Part shown: positions 28,201-56,028 of the stretch, one piece after another | How positions within the stretch are numbered: the first letter of the stretch is position 1 | How the letters are laid out: each line of letters begins with the position of its first letter | NCBI RefSeq assembly: GCF_009914755.1 | Contig: NC_060941.1 | Source of the DNA: the human T2T-CHM13v2.0 reference genome, Homo sapiens | Strand: one strand, 5' to 3' | Length of the DNA: 64,000 nucleotides | The notes under the pieces: model-generated | Database searches by the model: none | Seen by the model: only the letters and a program-made list of their open reading frames with translations | Told to the model about the DNA's origin: nothing | Translations under genes and position numbers: made by a program

Positions 28201-29089
28201 AGGAAGCCCCAGCATTCAGGGCCCAGACAGACCCCAAAATCCCAGACCAGAGGCAGGGAAGGATGGTGCGAGGAGGAGCCCAGGACCCACACGCCAGGGC
28301 CAGGGCCAGCGCCGGCTCCCAGTGGGTGCCTCTTTCCAAGGCTGGAGAGGGAGGCAGAATGGAGGGCTTCCCAGGTCGGAGCAACCCTACAGGCCGGGCA
28401 GATGGAGGGAAGGGTGGAGGTCATGTTCTGGAGACCTCCCCTCAGCCTGGAACTGGTTTCTCCTCTGCCTCTCCGCCTGTGGGTGTCCCTCTGCTCTGGT
28501 AACACCCCAGGCACCAGCTGTGCCCTCACCAGGCTACGTGCCCGCCCCTTCCTTCTGCCATCCCCATCAGTGGGCTGCTTCAGAGCCACGGCCCTTCTGG
28601 GGCTACAGGGGAGGATGCACCCGCAGCATGCTCTGCACTGAGGAGCAGGCAGTGGGCGCTGATGCCACCTGTCCTGCTGATAGCTCCTCACCCAGCAAGG
28701 CTGACCCAGCTCTGGGTGAAAGAGGAGTCAGTGAGGTAGACTGGGGAGAGGCTGCACCTTCACCCACGCCTGCCCACAGCATGGCCCATCCACTTCCTGC
28801 ACGGGCGCTGGGATCTGCTTTCCATGGAGCCCCACGGCCATGACCAGCCCGGTCCTGGGAGAGGACAGCCTGGGTGGTGGTGTGTCTGCAGACACGAAGG
28901 TCTGGGCACGGGGCCCAGAAAGTGACTGGCTCAGCCTGGAGTCTCCCCCAGCACTAGAAGCAGAGCTGCCAAGGGCTGCCGCTATGGAGAACATGGGATT
29001 TGAGGAAGGCAGGAGTCCTTTCCCTCATACTTTGTGAGTAGGCAGATGTGCCAGGGGAGATGGAGTAAGATAAGGAATGTGTGTTTAGC

Positions 29090-29095
29090 TTTAAT
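29090..29095 (-). terminator. SLC25A19 polyadenylation signal ATTAAA
   Basis: TTTAAT on the plus strand, about 440 nt past the stop codon. Confidence 0.6.
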
Positions 29096-29536
29096 GTCTA
29101 TTAAATAGGTTGGAAAAACAGGCCAAGTGTAGGGACCTGACTCCTGCAAAGGGCCTACCGCAGCCCTCTGCACTCAAGCAGCAGCCCCATCCAGACCAGG
29201 AGTGTGTTCTGTTCTCCTGGCAGGCAGGGCTGATAGGTGTAGGATGGCGTCTGTTTCCTTTGGAGTGTGGGCTGGTCAGAGGAGAAACAGCAACTTCCTG
29301 CTCCTTCTCACTGTGTCGTTGGCTCACCATAGACCACGTCCTGCATTCCCTCTGATTCTCTCATGGGGAGAGCCCTGGACCTTCTGGTGGTGTCCCAGCT
29401 GGGTGGGTTCAAGGCTGCTACCCCGCTTGGGGCAGCTGGCCTGCAGGGAAGGGCCAGACGGCACCTCTCAGTGGAGACTGAATCTTCCTTCCTTCAGGAG
29501 GCTGCCTCCAGGGAAGACCTGGGGTCCTTCCTGCGC

Positions 29537-29975
<439 letters not shown>

Positions 29976-31062
29976 TGAGTAGCTGGGATTACAGGCACAC
30001 AACACCACGCCTGGCTAATTTTTTGTATTTTTAGTAGAGATGCAGTTTTGCCATGTTGGCCAGGCTGGTCTTGAACTCCTGACCTCAGGTGATCCACCTG
30101 CTTCAGCCTCCCAATGTGCTGGGATTACAGGCATGGACAACCATGCCCAGCTCAAAATAGCAAATAAATTAATTTCATTCTTTCTACTGTAATTGGGTTA
30201 AGACTGAACAGATGACAGGCCTAGAAATCAGAAGCTGGACAGCGCTCCTTCCTGCCCAGGAAGAACGGCTGCCTGTGGCTCCAAAGGATCCAGCAATGGC
30301 TCCAGAACCTCTTCCCAGAGGCATCTCTGACCCTTCATCCCATCCCACCTGATCCCCCTTGGGCAGCAGATCTGAACCTGGCCCTCAGTAGCTCTCAGCC
30401 GGGCCTCCCTGCCTCCAGCCTCACCCTCTCCAGCTGACCTCACACACTGCTGCCAGACATTCATCCCCAGGCACAACCCTCCTCAAGCCTGGCTTCCCTC
30501 CAAAAGCTGCAGTAACTCCTAGTGACGACATCATGAGAAATCAAGTCCAAACCCCAAGATCTGCCGTTTAAGGCACTGCACCATTTGGCCTTGATTTCCC
30601 TCCCTGATCTGACCTCCACTGGTCCTCCCACGTGCCCTTCCCACCTCTGGCCAAACTGGATTACACTAGTCTTTGTTAGCAGTAAGGCCTCCCTCTGCCA
30701 TCCTGGGCTCTCACCATCGGCTCCCTGTCCAAATTCAAACTGTCCCTTCATGCTGGGTGCAGTGGTGCATGCCTGCAGTCCCAGCTACTTGGGAGGCTGA
30801 GAGGGGAGGATCGCTTGAGCCCAGGAGTTCGAGACCAGCCCAGGCAACAGAGCGATATCCCATTTAAAAAAAGAAAGAAAGAAAAGAAAACAAACTCTCC
30901 CTTCAGGACAAGTTGGTAAGTGGAAAAGGGAGGTTACAAACCTTGTATACAGTGTATCCGTATTTTTGTTAAAATGTACATGTGTATTTATGAAAAGAAA
31001 TAAAACTACACTGAAAGGTTCCATGTGGTTATCTGTGGTAGTGAAATTACAAGGGATTTTGG

Positions 31063-31093
<31 letters not shown>

Positions 31094-31135
31094 GAGACAG
31101 AGTCTCACTCTGTCGCCCAAGATGGTGTGCAGTAG

Positions 31136-31261
<126 letters not shown>

Positions 31262-31915
31262 TAGAGACGGGGTCTTGCTATGTTGACCAGGCTGGTTTCA
31301 AGCTCCTGGCCTCAACTGATTTTCCCATTTTGGCCTCCCAAAGTGCTGGGATCACAGGCGTGATCCACTGCAGCTGGCTTGGTCTTTCTTTCATCTATCT
31401 TAAATTTTCTAAAGTTTCCTACAAAGAAAATGCATTATAACTATAAACCCAGCTCTTTCTCTTCCCCCAAGGAAGGAATGCTCTCTCCCTACCTTGCCTC
31501 CCATTCCATGCCATCCCTCTCCTCTGACATTGTCAGGCATATTTTTTCACACCTCCGCATCTCAGGTTCCCAGGATACAGAGGGGAAAGGCCTGGAATTG
31601 CCCATCCTTAGCCTACCCCTAACCCTACCCACTGACCAAAAGAAAGGGAGTATGTAAAAATCTGAGCAACTGAGGAGTGACTACTGAGACTACAACATGA
31701 CTTAGCACGGGGCTTCTCTTAATGGCCAACTCTCCTAGTGCACATAAAATACAACTTAGGCCCGGGTGTGGCGGCTCATGCCTGTAATCCCAGCACTTTG
31801 AGAGGCTGAGGCGGACGGATCAACTGAGGTCAGGAGTTCAAGACCACCTTGGCCAATGTGGTGAAACCCTGTCTCATATGGTGAAACCCCGTCTCTTCTA
31901 AAAATACAAAAATTA

Positions 31916-32463
<548 letters not shown>

Positions 32464-32467
32464 TTAA

Positions 32468-33050
<583 letters not shown>

Positions 33051-33409
33051 TGAGCCACCACGCCCGGCCAGGATATGTTTTAAGAGCAGAAATTGTGCTA
33101 GGTGCAGTGGCTCACACCTGTAATCCCAGCACTTTGGGAGGTGGAGTCAGGAGGGTTCAAGACCAGCCTGGGAAACAGAGTGAGACCCTGCCTCTATTTT
33201 AAAGAAAAAAAAAAAGAGCAGACACTGTATGTCCTTGGCCCAGATCCTTCCACAGTGCTCAGGACCCAGGGCTTGCATGCAGCTTTCCCACATGCTTAGG
33301 GATCTCAAGGAATGGACGCAGGTGAAGGGGCCATGGCCAGGGGTGATGTTGCCCAATGGGTAGGAGGTGACTACTGGTTCCCTCATGTGCCCAGTGATGG
33401 CAAGGGTCA

Positions 33410-33631
<222 letters not shown>

Positions 33632-33951
33632 TTAAAAGGCGTCAGGGCTAATCCTCCACCACAAACCAAACCCCACAAGCGCACTTCTATCTGACCTCCA
33701 CTGGTCCTCCCATTCCAAAAAGGAATGTAATCTAGGGGGAGAAGAGCCAGACACGGCCACTTCTGGTGGAGTGATCCGGGCTGGAAGGGTTGGAGGCCGC
33801 AGTCCCCCAGCTGGAGGCAACATGGGCCTCAGGCTCTGCAGCATGACTCAGTTCAGGGCTGGAGAGGACCAGGATGCCCCACCCCTCCCCAGCCTCCCCC
33901 TGCCCCCATCTCCCACTCCCCCTGCCTGGAAAAAGCAACTGAAGAACCTCA

Positions 33952-35296
<1,345 letters not shown>

Positions 35297-35913
35297 TAGT
35301 AAAAGTAGTCGCCTCTGGGGATCGGAATCAGGGAGCGGCTGGGTATTTTTTAAAATTATAATTCATGAAGAACTGTCTTTGTAACCTTGATACATCTTAT
35401 ATGTTGTAAAATTTTTTATCGTTCAAGATCATGTTTATAATATGGTTGTGACTAGTCTTAAGGCAGGTGGAGAGTCTTGTAGGTTTTAACCACATCTCTT
35501 CCCCTCACTTTCATGACCAGATATTCTCTGATCATTCTAGAATCTAAAATCCAACATGTCAATAGTTGAAGCTAGAGGTAATATGCTATTATCTTTTTTT
35601 TTTTTTTTTTTTGAGACGAAGTCTTGCTATGTTGCCTAGGCTGGAGTTGCCTAGGCACAATCTTGGCTCACTGCAGCCCCCACCTCCCAGGTTCAAGCGA
35701 TTGTCCTGCCTCAGACCCCCGAGTAGCTGTGATTATAGGCACCTGACACCACGCCCAACTAATTTTTGTATTTTTAGTAGAGACGGGGTTTCATCATGTT
35801 GGCCAGGATGATCTCGATCTCCTGACCTTGTGATCCGCCCGCCTTGGCCTCCCAAAGTGCTGGGATTACAGGCGAGAGCCATCGCGCCCAGCCCAATTCT
35901 TTGTTTTTTTTGA

Positions 35914-36111
<198 letters not shown>

Positions 36112-36237
36112 TAGGATACTTCTTAAACAGTATCCTAAAGCAGAGTTGAGACAGTGGAAAAATTATTGTTTATAAGCCAGGTCTGGTGGCTCAGCCTTGT
36201 AATCACAGCACTTTGGGAAGCCAAGGCAGGAGGATCA

Positions 36238-36537
<300 letters not shown>

Positions 36538-37680
36538 TCACTTGAGGCCAGCAGTTCCAGACCAGCCTGGCCAACATGTCAAAAACCCATCTCTACTAAA
36601 AATATAAAAATTAGCCAGGCATGGCCAGGCGCGGTGGCTCACGCCTGTAATCTTAGCACTTTGGGAGGCAGAGATGGGTGGATCACAAGGTCAGGAGTTC
36701 AAGACCAGCCTGGCCAACATGGCAAAACCCCGTCTCTACTAAAAATACAAAAATTAGCCAGGCGCGGTGGTGGGCGCCTGTAATCCCAACTACTTGGGAG
36801 GCTGAGGCGGGAGAATCACTTAAAACTGGGGGTGGAGCTTGCAGCCTCAGCGACAGAGTGAGACTTCATCTGAAAAAAAAATTAGCTGGGCATGGTAGCG
36901 GACCTGTAGTCCCAGCTGCTTGGGAGGCTGAGGCATGAGAATCACTTGAATCTGGGAGGCGGTCACAGTGAGCTGAGATTGTGCCTCCAGACTGGGCGAC
37001 AGAGCCATACTCCGTCTCAAAAACAAACAAACAACAACCAAAAAAAAAAAAAAAAACCAGGAGTTCAAGACCAGCCTGAGCCTGAGCAACATAATGAGAC
37101 CCTGCCCCTACAAAAAATAAAAAAATAAAAAATTAGTCAGGTGTGGTGGCACACACCTGTGGTCTTAGCTACTTGAGAGGTTGAGGCAGGAAGATTGCTT
37201 GAGCCCAGGAGTTCGAAGCTGCAGCAAGCTATTGCAGCCATTGTACTCCAGCCTGGGTGACAGATCAAGACCCTGTCTCAAAAAATATATATAAATAATA
37301 ACAATAAAATTATTCTTTCTTGGTTGAGAACACACAGACACACATACATATGATGCTATTCTTAAATATGTCCAGGAAACAGAGATCATGGTGGGGAGGT
37401 CTATTTCAGGATTTAATCCCTTGTTTTCACTCAGTAAATTCTTCCTCGAGTCTATCCCATTTCCACCAGCCCATTCTTTGTGGAAACCAAAGACACTCGC
37501 AATTGGCCGGGCGTGGTGGCTCATGCCTGGAATCCCAGCACTTTGGGAGACCGAGGCCAGGGGATCACCTGAAGTCAAGAGTTTGAGACCAGCCTGGCCG
37601 ACATGGTGAAACCCTGTCTCTACGAAAAATATAAAAATTAGCCGGACATGGCATCACGTGCCTGTAATCCCAGCTACTCA

Positions 37681-37782
<102 letters not shown>

Positions 37783-38529
37783 TCAAAAAACCAACCAACC
37801 AAACAAACAAAAAAACAAAGACGCTCTCATAATAATCCAGCAATAAATTCTCAAGTGGGCAGTCCTTGATCCAGCCCACTGCTGGGTAATTATTTGTTCT
37901 GTTTCATAGCAGTAGGTTCTGTCTTCCAGGGAGGCTGTGAGCTCCTTTGAGGCAGGGACATAGAGCACCCCGCACAGTGCTGCCCACAGTCATGGGTTTT
38001 ACAAACTGACTGCCAGACAAACTGAAAACCCGAACCTCTCCCAGCTTTGCTTTCTGCAAGGACAAGAACTCAACCTCTGCCGAGTGCGGTGGCTCATGCC
38101 TGTAATCCCAGCATTTTGGGAGGCCGAGGCGGGCAGACGGCTTGAGCTCAAGAGTTCAAGACCAGACTGGGCAACATGACGAAACCCCGTCTCTAAAAAA
38201 ATACAAAACTCAGCCAGGTGCAGTCTCAGCTACCGGGGAGGCTGAGGCAGAAGGATCACTTGATCCCAGGAGGTCGAGGCTTCAGTGAGCAGTGATCATG
38301 CCACTGCACTGCAGCCTAGGCAACAAAACAAGACACTGTCTCAAAAAATATATATATAGGCCAGGTGCGGTGGCTCACGCCTGTAATCCTAGCACTTTGG
38401 GAGGCCGAGGCGGGTGGATCACCTGAGATCAGGAGTTCAAGACCAGCCTGCTAACATGGCGAAACTCTGTCTCTACTAAAAGTACAAAAAATAGCTGGGC
38501 ATGATGGCAGGCGCCTGTAATCCCAGCTA

Positions 38530-38679
<150 letters not shown>

Positions 38680-39140
38680 TCACGCCTGTAATCCCAGTAC
38701 TTTGGGAGGCCGAGGCAGGCGGATCACGAGGTCAGGAGATCGAGACCATCCTGTGACTGGTGAAACCCTGTCTCTACTAAAAATACAAAAAATTAGCTGG
38801 GCGTGGTGGCGGGCACCTGTAGTCCCAGCTACTCGGGAGGCTGAGGAGGGAGAATGGCGTGAACCCAGGAGGCGGAGCTTGCAGTAGCCGAGACTGTGCC
38901 ACTGCACTCCAGCCTGGGCGACAGAGTGAGACTCTGTCTCAAAAAAAATAAATAAATAAATAAAAATAAAAATAAAAATAAAAATCATATATTTTAAAAA
39001 AACATGCTTATCAAATAAAAGAAAAAAATAGATCGCACCACTGCACTCCAGCCTGGCAACAGAGCGAGACTCTGTCTCAAAATAAATAAATAAATAAATA
39101 AAAAATAGGCCGGGCGCAGTGGCTCATGCCTGTAATCCTA

Positions 39141-39704
<564 letters not shown>

Positions 39705-40057
39705 TCACTGACAGCCCAAAGGATGAGGGTGAGGACCAAATACTCCCCAAATACATCACCCGTGACCCGGCTGGGGCCCAGGTGGAGGGGCGAGGAAAAG
39801 GTCAGGAAATGTTCTTCTTGAGCAGTGACAGCATATGATAAATACAACATTCTACGCAAAACTCGGATGCCATTTGATACTTGAGTAGAGTCAGACACTC
39901 AAAGGGTTAAGAAGATATATGGGGGCCAGGTGCAGTGGCTCACACTTGTAATCCCAGCACTCTGGGGGGCCGAGGCGGGCAGATCACGAGGTCACAAGTT
40001 CGAGACCAGCCGGGTCAACATAGTGAAACCCTGTCTTTACTAAAAATACAAAAATTA

Positions 40058-40546
<489 letters not shown>

Positions 40547-41679
40547 CTAACTTAGTTTTCTGAGAACTGGGGAAGACGGCCATGCTCTGATTCCTGCAGG
40601 GACCCCTTCAGTGCAGCTGGCGGCGGCACCTGGTGGCGGCACTGTTCGAGAATCATTCTTTTCTGGGGCAGATTCTTTTGGGAGCATGTTCCACAGGGTG
40701 ACCCCCTTACATTCAGATCTTTCATTTTTTTTTTTTTTTTTTTTTTTTAGGGACAAGAGTGTCTCTCTGTCACCCAGGCTGGAGTACAGTGGCACAAACA
40801 TGGCTCACTGCAGCCTCAACCTCCTGGGCTCCAGTGATCCTCTCACCTCAGCTCCTCAAGTAGCTGGGATTACAGGCGCATGCCACCATGTCCAGCTAAT
40901 TTTGGTATTTTTTGTAGAACCAGGGTTTCACTATGTTGCCAAGGCTGGTCTCAAACTCCTGAGCTCAAGCAATCTGCCTGCCTTGGGCTCCCAAAGGGCT
41001 GAGATTACACACATGAGCCACCGAGCTTGGCCCTGTTTTGCTTTTTGAGGCAAGGTCGTGCTCAGTTGCCCAGGCTGGAGTGCAGTGGCTCGATCACAGT
41101 TCACAGCAGCCTTGACTTCTCTAGCTCAAATTATTCTCCTGCCTCTGGAATAGCTGGGACGACAGGTGTGTACCACCATATCTGGCTAATTTATTTTTTA
41201 TTTTTAGTAGAGAGGAGGTCTCCCTAATGTTGCCCAGGCTGGTCTCAAACTCCTGAGCTCAAGCCATCCTCCCACCTCAGCCTCCCAAAGTGATGGGATT
41301 GCAGGTGTGAGCCACTATACCAGGGCTATGCTCAGATCTTCCTTCAGCCAACTGAAGATGGCCTGGCTTCTTTTCTTTTTTTGAGACAGGGTCTGGCTGT
41401 GTTGCCCAGGCTGAAGTGCAGTGGCATGATCGTGGCTCACTGCAGCCTCCGCCTCCCGGGCTCAGATGCTGGGATTACAGGTGTGAGCCACTGAGTCCAG
41501 CCCACGCCTGGCTTATTGAGACTATCCTGTTGCTGTATTTATTCGTCATGCTGCAATATCTGTTTGCAGACAAGTGCAGAGACAGGATCGCAGGGCATGC
41601 CCAGCCAGTAAGCACCTGACTTGGGCGGTCACTGTGATGTCACAGGAAGAGTAGGAAGGGACATCTCTGGCACTAGCTG

Positions 41680-42110
41680 CCTAGGTGGGGGTCGTGGCTC
41701 TGCCATTTTCTAGCCAGTGGCTTTGGTTGGGTTAATTATGTAAGCTCTGTCCACCTCAGTCTTCTCATGCATGACATGGGAGGGACAACAGCCCCTACCT
41801 TAAGGACTGCTGTGACAGAGTGTATGTGAAGTGCTTCCAACAGGGGCCTGGCCCATGGTTTGCACTGTACAGGGCTGGTTCTTAAACACATCTACTGCAT
41901 AAAATCACATGCTGTGCACTATGACTATACTAGTGCTCCACTGAACGAAGCATGAGTTCTAACCCTAGCCCCGCCATGTGCAGGCTGTGTGGCCTCGGAC
42001 AGCTGACTTCTCCTCCCTGAGATCCACATGACAGCTACCCTGCCCTCCTCATGACGGTGTGGTGAAGTTCAGATGAACCACATATGTGAAGGTGGTATTT
42101 CAAAAACTGA
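41680..42110 (+). repeat. Two MIR elements in a SLC25A19 intron
   Basis: MIR core-like 'ggctctgccattttctagc...cctcagtcttctcat...' and 'gagttctaaccctagccccgcca...ctgtgtggcctcggacag'. Confidence 0.55.
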
Positions 42111-42327
42111 AATGCATTAGTGCTGTCCTTCGCCAAGCCTCACAGAAGGCATGACATCAAATCGGTCTCCAAGATGCAACACCTAAGTCACACAGGATAG
42201 ACGCAGGGACATGGTGGAGGGCAATGCCTACGGTACTGCTGGTCAGGAAGGCTCCCGGGTGAGGCAGGTGGGAAGCGTGGGGCCTGCCTCTTCCGTCCTG
42301 CCCTGCGCGGCATTCCTGCTTGCCTCA

Positions 42328-42881
<554 letters not shown>

Positions 42882-42919
42882 TCAGTATCAAGCTAAATGC
42901 AAGAGATACGGAATAAACA

Positions 42920-43660
42920 CCAGGCAAGTTTCTTATGGTCTCTGCTCAAATATCACCTCCTCAGAGCAGCCCTCCCTGACTAGACTGTCTAAAATAGCAC
43001 TCACTTTTGGACTGGGCGCAGCGGTTCATGCCTGTATCCCAGCACTTTCGGAGGCCGAGGTGGGTGGATTGCTTGAGCTCAGGAGTTCAAGACCAGCCTG
43101 GGCAACACTGCAAAACCCCAACTCTACAAAAAATACAAAAATTTAAAAATAAAATAAAATAGCACTTGTTTTATTCCTCTTTACAGTACTTATTACTATG
43201 GCATATTTGTTTACTTTTTTAGAGACAGGGTCTCACTCTGTTGCCCAGGCTGGAATGCAGTGGTGCCATCATAACTCACCATAGCCTTGAACTCCTGGGC
43301 TCAAGTGATTCTCTTGCCTCAGCCTCCCAATTAGCTGTCACTTAACAGGTGCAGGCCTGGCTAAGTTTTTTATTTTTGTAGAGATAAGGTCTCAATGTTG
43401 CCCTGGCTGGTCTCGAACTCCTGGCCTCAAGTGATTCTCCTGCCTCAGCCTCCTGAATTGCTGAGATTACATGCATGAGCCACAGCGCCCGGCACGCCAT
43501 GGGTTATTTATACAGTACATTTGTTTCTTGTCTCTCTCCCTGACTAGAATGTAAGCCCGTGGAAACACGACCTTGGTCTCATTTGTTCACTCGTAAATTT
43601 CCGGTTCCTGGAATAGAGCCCATCATGGTAAGTGCTTAATAATATTTGAGAATCGAATGA
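42920..43660. repeat. L2 3'-end remnant split by Alus
   Basis: 'ctcaaatatcacctcctcagagcagccctccctgac' and 'tctctctccctgactagaatgtaagc...ttgttcact...gtaagtgcttaataatatttg...gaatgaa'. Confidence 0.55.
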
Positions 43661-43902
43661 ACAGGCTTGATAGGCAATTGTTGGTCCCAGAGATCAACTG
43701 GTTTTCCAAGACATCTGGCAACTTTATAGCAAACTCCTGCTCACTGAGTGAGCCCACTCAAGTGTAACGCTGAGGGACTGAAGGACGTGCAGGGCTGGAG
43801 AACAGGGATTGGGATTCTTTAACAATCCCCCACTGTCCAAAGGAAGAGCCCTGAGGCCCTGAGCCCCTTCACCTTTCCCTTTCCCCTCCTGCACACACCT
43901 CA

Positions 43903-44211
<309 letters not shown>

Positions 44212-44591
44212 CTACAGAGTGAGACTCCGTCTCAAAAACAAAAAAACAAAACAAAACAAAAAAGAAAATGATGCTCCTGGGCTCCCCTGACTCAGACCTA
44301 CTGACCTCTTCAGCCTCACTCTGGACCACTCTTCCCCTTCCCTCATTTAACCAGAGTGGTCTGACTGCTTCTGCCCAGTTCCTGGAAAACTCGGGGAGCA
44401 CTCCTATCAATTGCCTTGCCTCTACTCCTCCAGTTCCCTACGTCTGAAATACAGCCCCACTCTCAGCCCCTACTCACTTTTTCAAGGCTAGCTCCTCTCA
44501 TCCACCAGAGCTCAGCTAAAAAGCATCCCTTCCAGGAGATGTACTTTTTTCCTTTTTTGTAAAAACAAAAAACAAAAACAGTAATACCTAC

Positions 44592-44681
44592 ATACGGTCT
44601 GTAGAGTTGTACAAAGCATAGAAAGAAGTCTGTAACCACACACATCAACAGGTAGTTGGTAACTGATCACAGGGAGAAGGG
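44592..44681 (-). other. SLC25A19: Probable non-coding 5'UTR exon of SLC25A19
   Basis: Strong acceptor ttcctttttcccttctcag| at 44682. Donor is TAT|gtaggt at 44592 (an alternative |gtatgt lies 4 nt upstream). Confidence 0.6.
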
Positions 44682-45179
44682 CTGAGAAGGGAAAAAGGAA
44701 GGTAGACCTGTCGATAATTCTATACTGTTTGAATTTGTTATGGCAAAAAAAAAAAAAAAAAAAATCCCTAAAACTAGACTTCAGAATTACCCTAGTTCTT
44801 GAATACTTGTAGTAGTGGGGGTGGGGGTGGGGGAGGAGGGGAGATACTACCTACAGGATGGCAGCCTCCACCCCAGACATCAATTCCTTTTCTCCTCTCA
44901 CCCACCCTGGAACTCCTCCCCAGGCGCCCATGAGGAAGTTTAAACACGCGGCAAGCGACTGAGAGGCAAAACCTCTCCAGGGGTTACCCAGGGACCGCTC
45001 AGGTCACACTGAGCAGCGTGTTTCCCGCCCATCTGGGCAGAAAGGAGGAGCAAGCCCGAGTGGCAGGTGTCCTGGATCGCTGTCAGGAGACCGGAGCATA
45101 CCAGGCTCTTCCTGGTGTTCGGGTGCCCATGTGCCCAAGGGCTCAGCTGAGCAAATCTGCAGAGGTCCCCGTGTGGGTA

Positions 45180-45900
45180 CCTAGGTGTCCACGTGTGCCT
45201 CGGGGTGTGTTTTTTCTCCTTGAGTCCGAGGGGACGCCCTGGAGCTCAGGTGCTCAAGGGCGTGCGCGGGGCTCGGCCGCCGGTGTCCCTGGAGATGCTT
45301 CTCTGGTCTGGTGTGACACGTGTGTACACAGTCCCCGCCCTCTCCTGAGCGCCCGGGTGCGTGTGCTCCCTCCCGACCACCCTGAGGAGCGAGGGTGCTG
45401 GTCCCCGAGAGGGCGGCGAGAAGGACGGAGGTAGAGGTTACTCACACGGCTCGGCGGGTGCGGCCCGGCTCCGCGCTCTCCGCTCTCTCTAGCTCCTCGC
45501 GCAGTCTTAACAGCAAAACTCTACTGAGCTCGGACGAAACTGGCGGGCTCCTGGGCCAATCACCGTGCAGCTCCCCGCCAGACGCTGGACCAATGGTTGT
45601 GCGCTTGAGGTCTGGCAACCGCCTCCCGCAAGATATCACCGGGTAATGTAGTCCTTCGCGACCAAGGGCAGGACAGCTGGACGGCGCACAGCTTCCTGGG
45701 AGATGTAGTCCGGCTGCTCGCGGGCGCGCGAGTTCGACCGACGCGTTAGAAGGAGGTGCCTTGCGAAGCCGGGCTGCGACCTTAGGGGTCGCCGTGCTCT
45801 GGCGTGTGACTCGAAAGTCAGCCTGCAGGCGGGGTCCAAGGTTAGGGCGCGGTAGACTTGACCCGCTTTCCTCAAACTCTGTTAATGCCAGAACCCGAAT
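45180..45900 (-). promoter_or_regulatory. SLC25A19 CpG-island promoter with tandem CCAAT boxes and ZNF143/THAP11-type motifs
   Basis: CCAAT at 45556 and 45591 (35 bp apart, typical NF-Y spacing). GACTACATCTCCCAGGAAGC on the minus strand at 45691-45710 fits ACTACAnnTCCCA; a second GACTACATTACCCG lies near 45640-45653. Confidence 0.75.
45446..45520 (-). other. SLC25A19: Probable non-coding first exon of SLC25A19 (5' end approximate)
   Basis: Donor GT|gtgagtaa at 45446/45445 within the CpG island, just downstream of two CCAAT boxes. Confidence 0.6.
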
Positions 45901-46179
45901 AATCTCAACTTGGTAAAGATGGCAGGAAGCCTAGCAAAAAGCTGGAGGACGTCGGGAAGAGAATAGATGAGAACAGTCCCCTCGGGGACGGGGAAGGCAA
46001 AAACACGAGTGTCCCCCCCTCTCACCCCGAGTTTTAGTATTTCTCATTATAAAAGTAATATTAAAAGTATATAGACAGAAAATATAGAAAGGAAGGAGGA
46101 AATGACTCATCCTACCGCCCGCACACAACTAGCGTCACGGTTTTGCGCGACAGTATTGCCTCCTGACTTTTTAATTGCA

Positions 46180-53360
<7,181 letters not shown>

Positions 53361-53943
53361 ATTTTATTTTATTTTATTTTATTTTTAAATGAGACGGGGT
53401 GTGCCCAGGCTGGTCTTGAACTCCTGACCTCAAGCAATCCACCCACCTTGGCCTTCCAAAGTGCTGAGATTACAGGCGTGAGCCACTATGGCCGGCCTTC
53501 ATTTTATTTTTTAAAACTTAATAGAGCTAAAGGGCTGAGGAAATAATGAGAAGCCAACCACTGATGGAGGATTCTGGAGGAAGTTCTGATAGGCTGCAAG
53601 CCCCAAAGATAGGGGCACCTTGGCAACAGTTCCTTTTTTTCTTTGTTCTTTCAGATTTACTCAGCAAATGACTCAAACACCAGTAAACTAAAATTAAAAA
53701 AAAAAAGAAAGAAAGAAAGAGAGGATTCACTGTCCAGTAACTTTCAATAGCTGATTTCTTACGCATTTTGACTTTCTTCTGTTGCTCTTCTCAGGGGAGT
53801 CAAACATCAAGAGGCTACAGGGCGCCGGGTGCGGTGGCTCACGTCTGTAATGCCGGCACTTCAGGAGGTCGAGGCGGGCGGATCATCTGACGTCAGGAGT
53901 TTGAGACCAGCCTGGCCAACGTGGTGAAACCCTGTCTCTACTA

Positions 53944-54266
<323 letters not shown>

Positions 54267-54415
54267 CTACAGGAAATGTCAATACCAGGCCAGAGAAGAA
54301 GGGTTCCCAAGTTTGCTGGAGGGTCTCAAGGCTTCCAGCTTTGTGGTTTTCGGCGTTTGGTTCTCTTTGACCAGATCATCAACTGTTGTGGGTGACCACG
54401 CCTCCTCACTCATCA

Positions 54416-55112
<697 letters not shown>

Positions 55113-55766
55113 TCACTGCAACCTCTGTCTCCAAAGTTTCAGCAGTTCTCCTGCCTCAGCCTCCTGAGTAGCTGGGATTACAGGCACGCGCCACCACACC
55201 CAGCTAATTTTTTATTATTAGTAGAGACAGAGTTTCACCATGTTGGCAAGGCTGGTCTCGAACTCCTAACCTCAGGTGATCTGCCTTCCTCGGCCTCCCA
55301 AAGTGCTGGGATTCCAGGCGTGAACCACCGCGCCTAGCCACAGACCACGTCTTCTTCCCTGACAATTTACGGTTCCTGACTCAAGGATGACTACCTCTCC
55401 CAGCACTTTGGAAGGCTGAGGCAGGAGGATTACTTGAGCCCAGGAGTTCAAGACCAGCCTGGGCAACAATAGTGAGACTTTGTTTCTACCAAAAAAAAAA
55501 AAAAAAAAAAAAAAACCGCTGGATGTGTGGCACGCGCCTGTAGTCCTAGCTCCTTGGGAGGCTGAGGTGGAAGGTTCTCTTGAGCCTGGGAGGTCAAGGC
55601 TACAGTGAGCCAAAATCATGCCACTGCACTCCAGCCTGGGAGTGCAGGACCCCGTCTCAAAAACAAAAAATGGGCCGGGCGAGGTGGCTCACGCCTGTAA
55701 TCCCGGCACTTTGGGAGGCCGAGGCAGGAGGATCACGAGGTCAGGAGATCAAGACCATCCTGGCTA

Positions 55767-56028
<262 letters not shown>

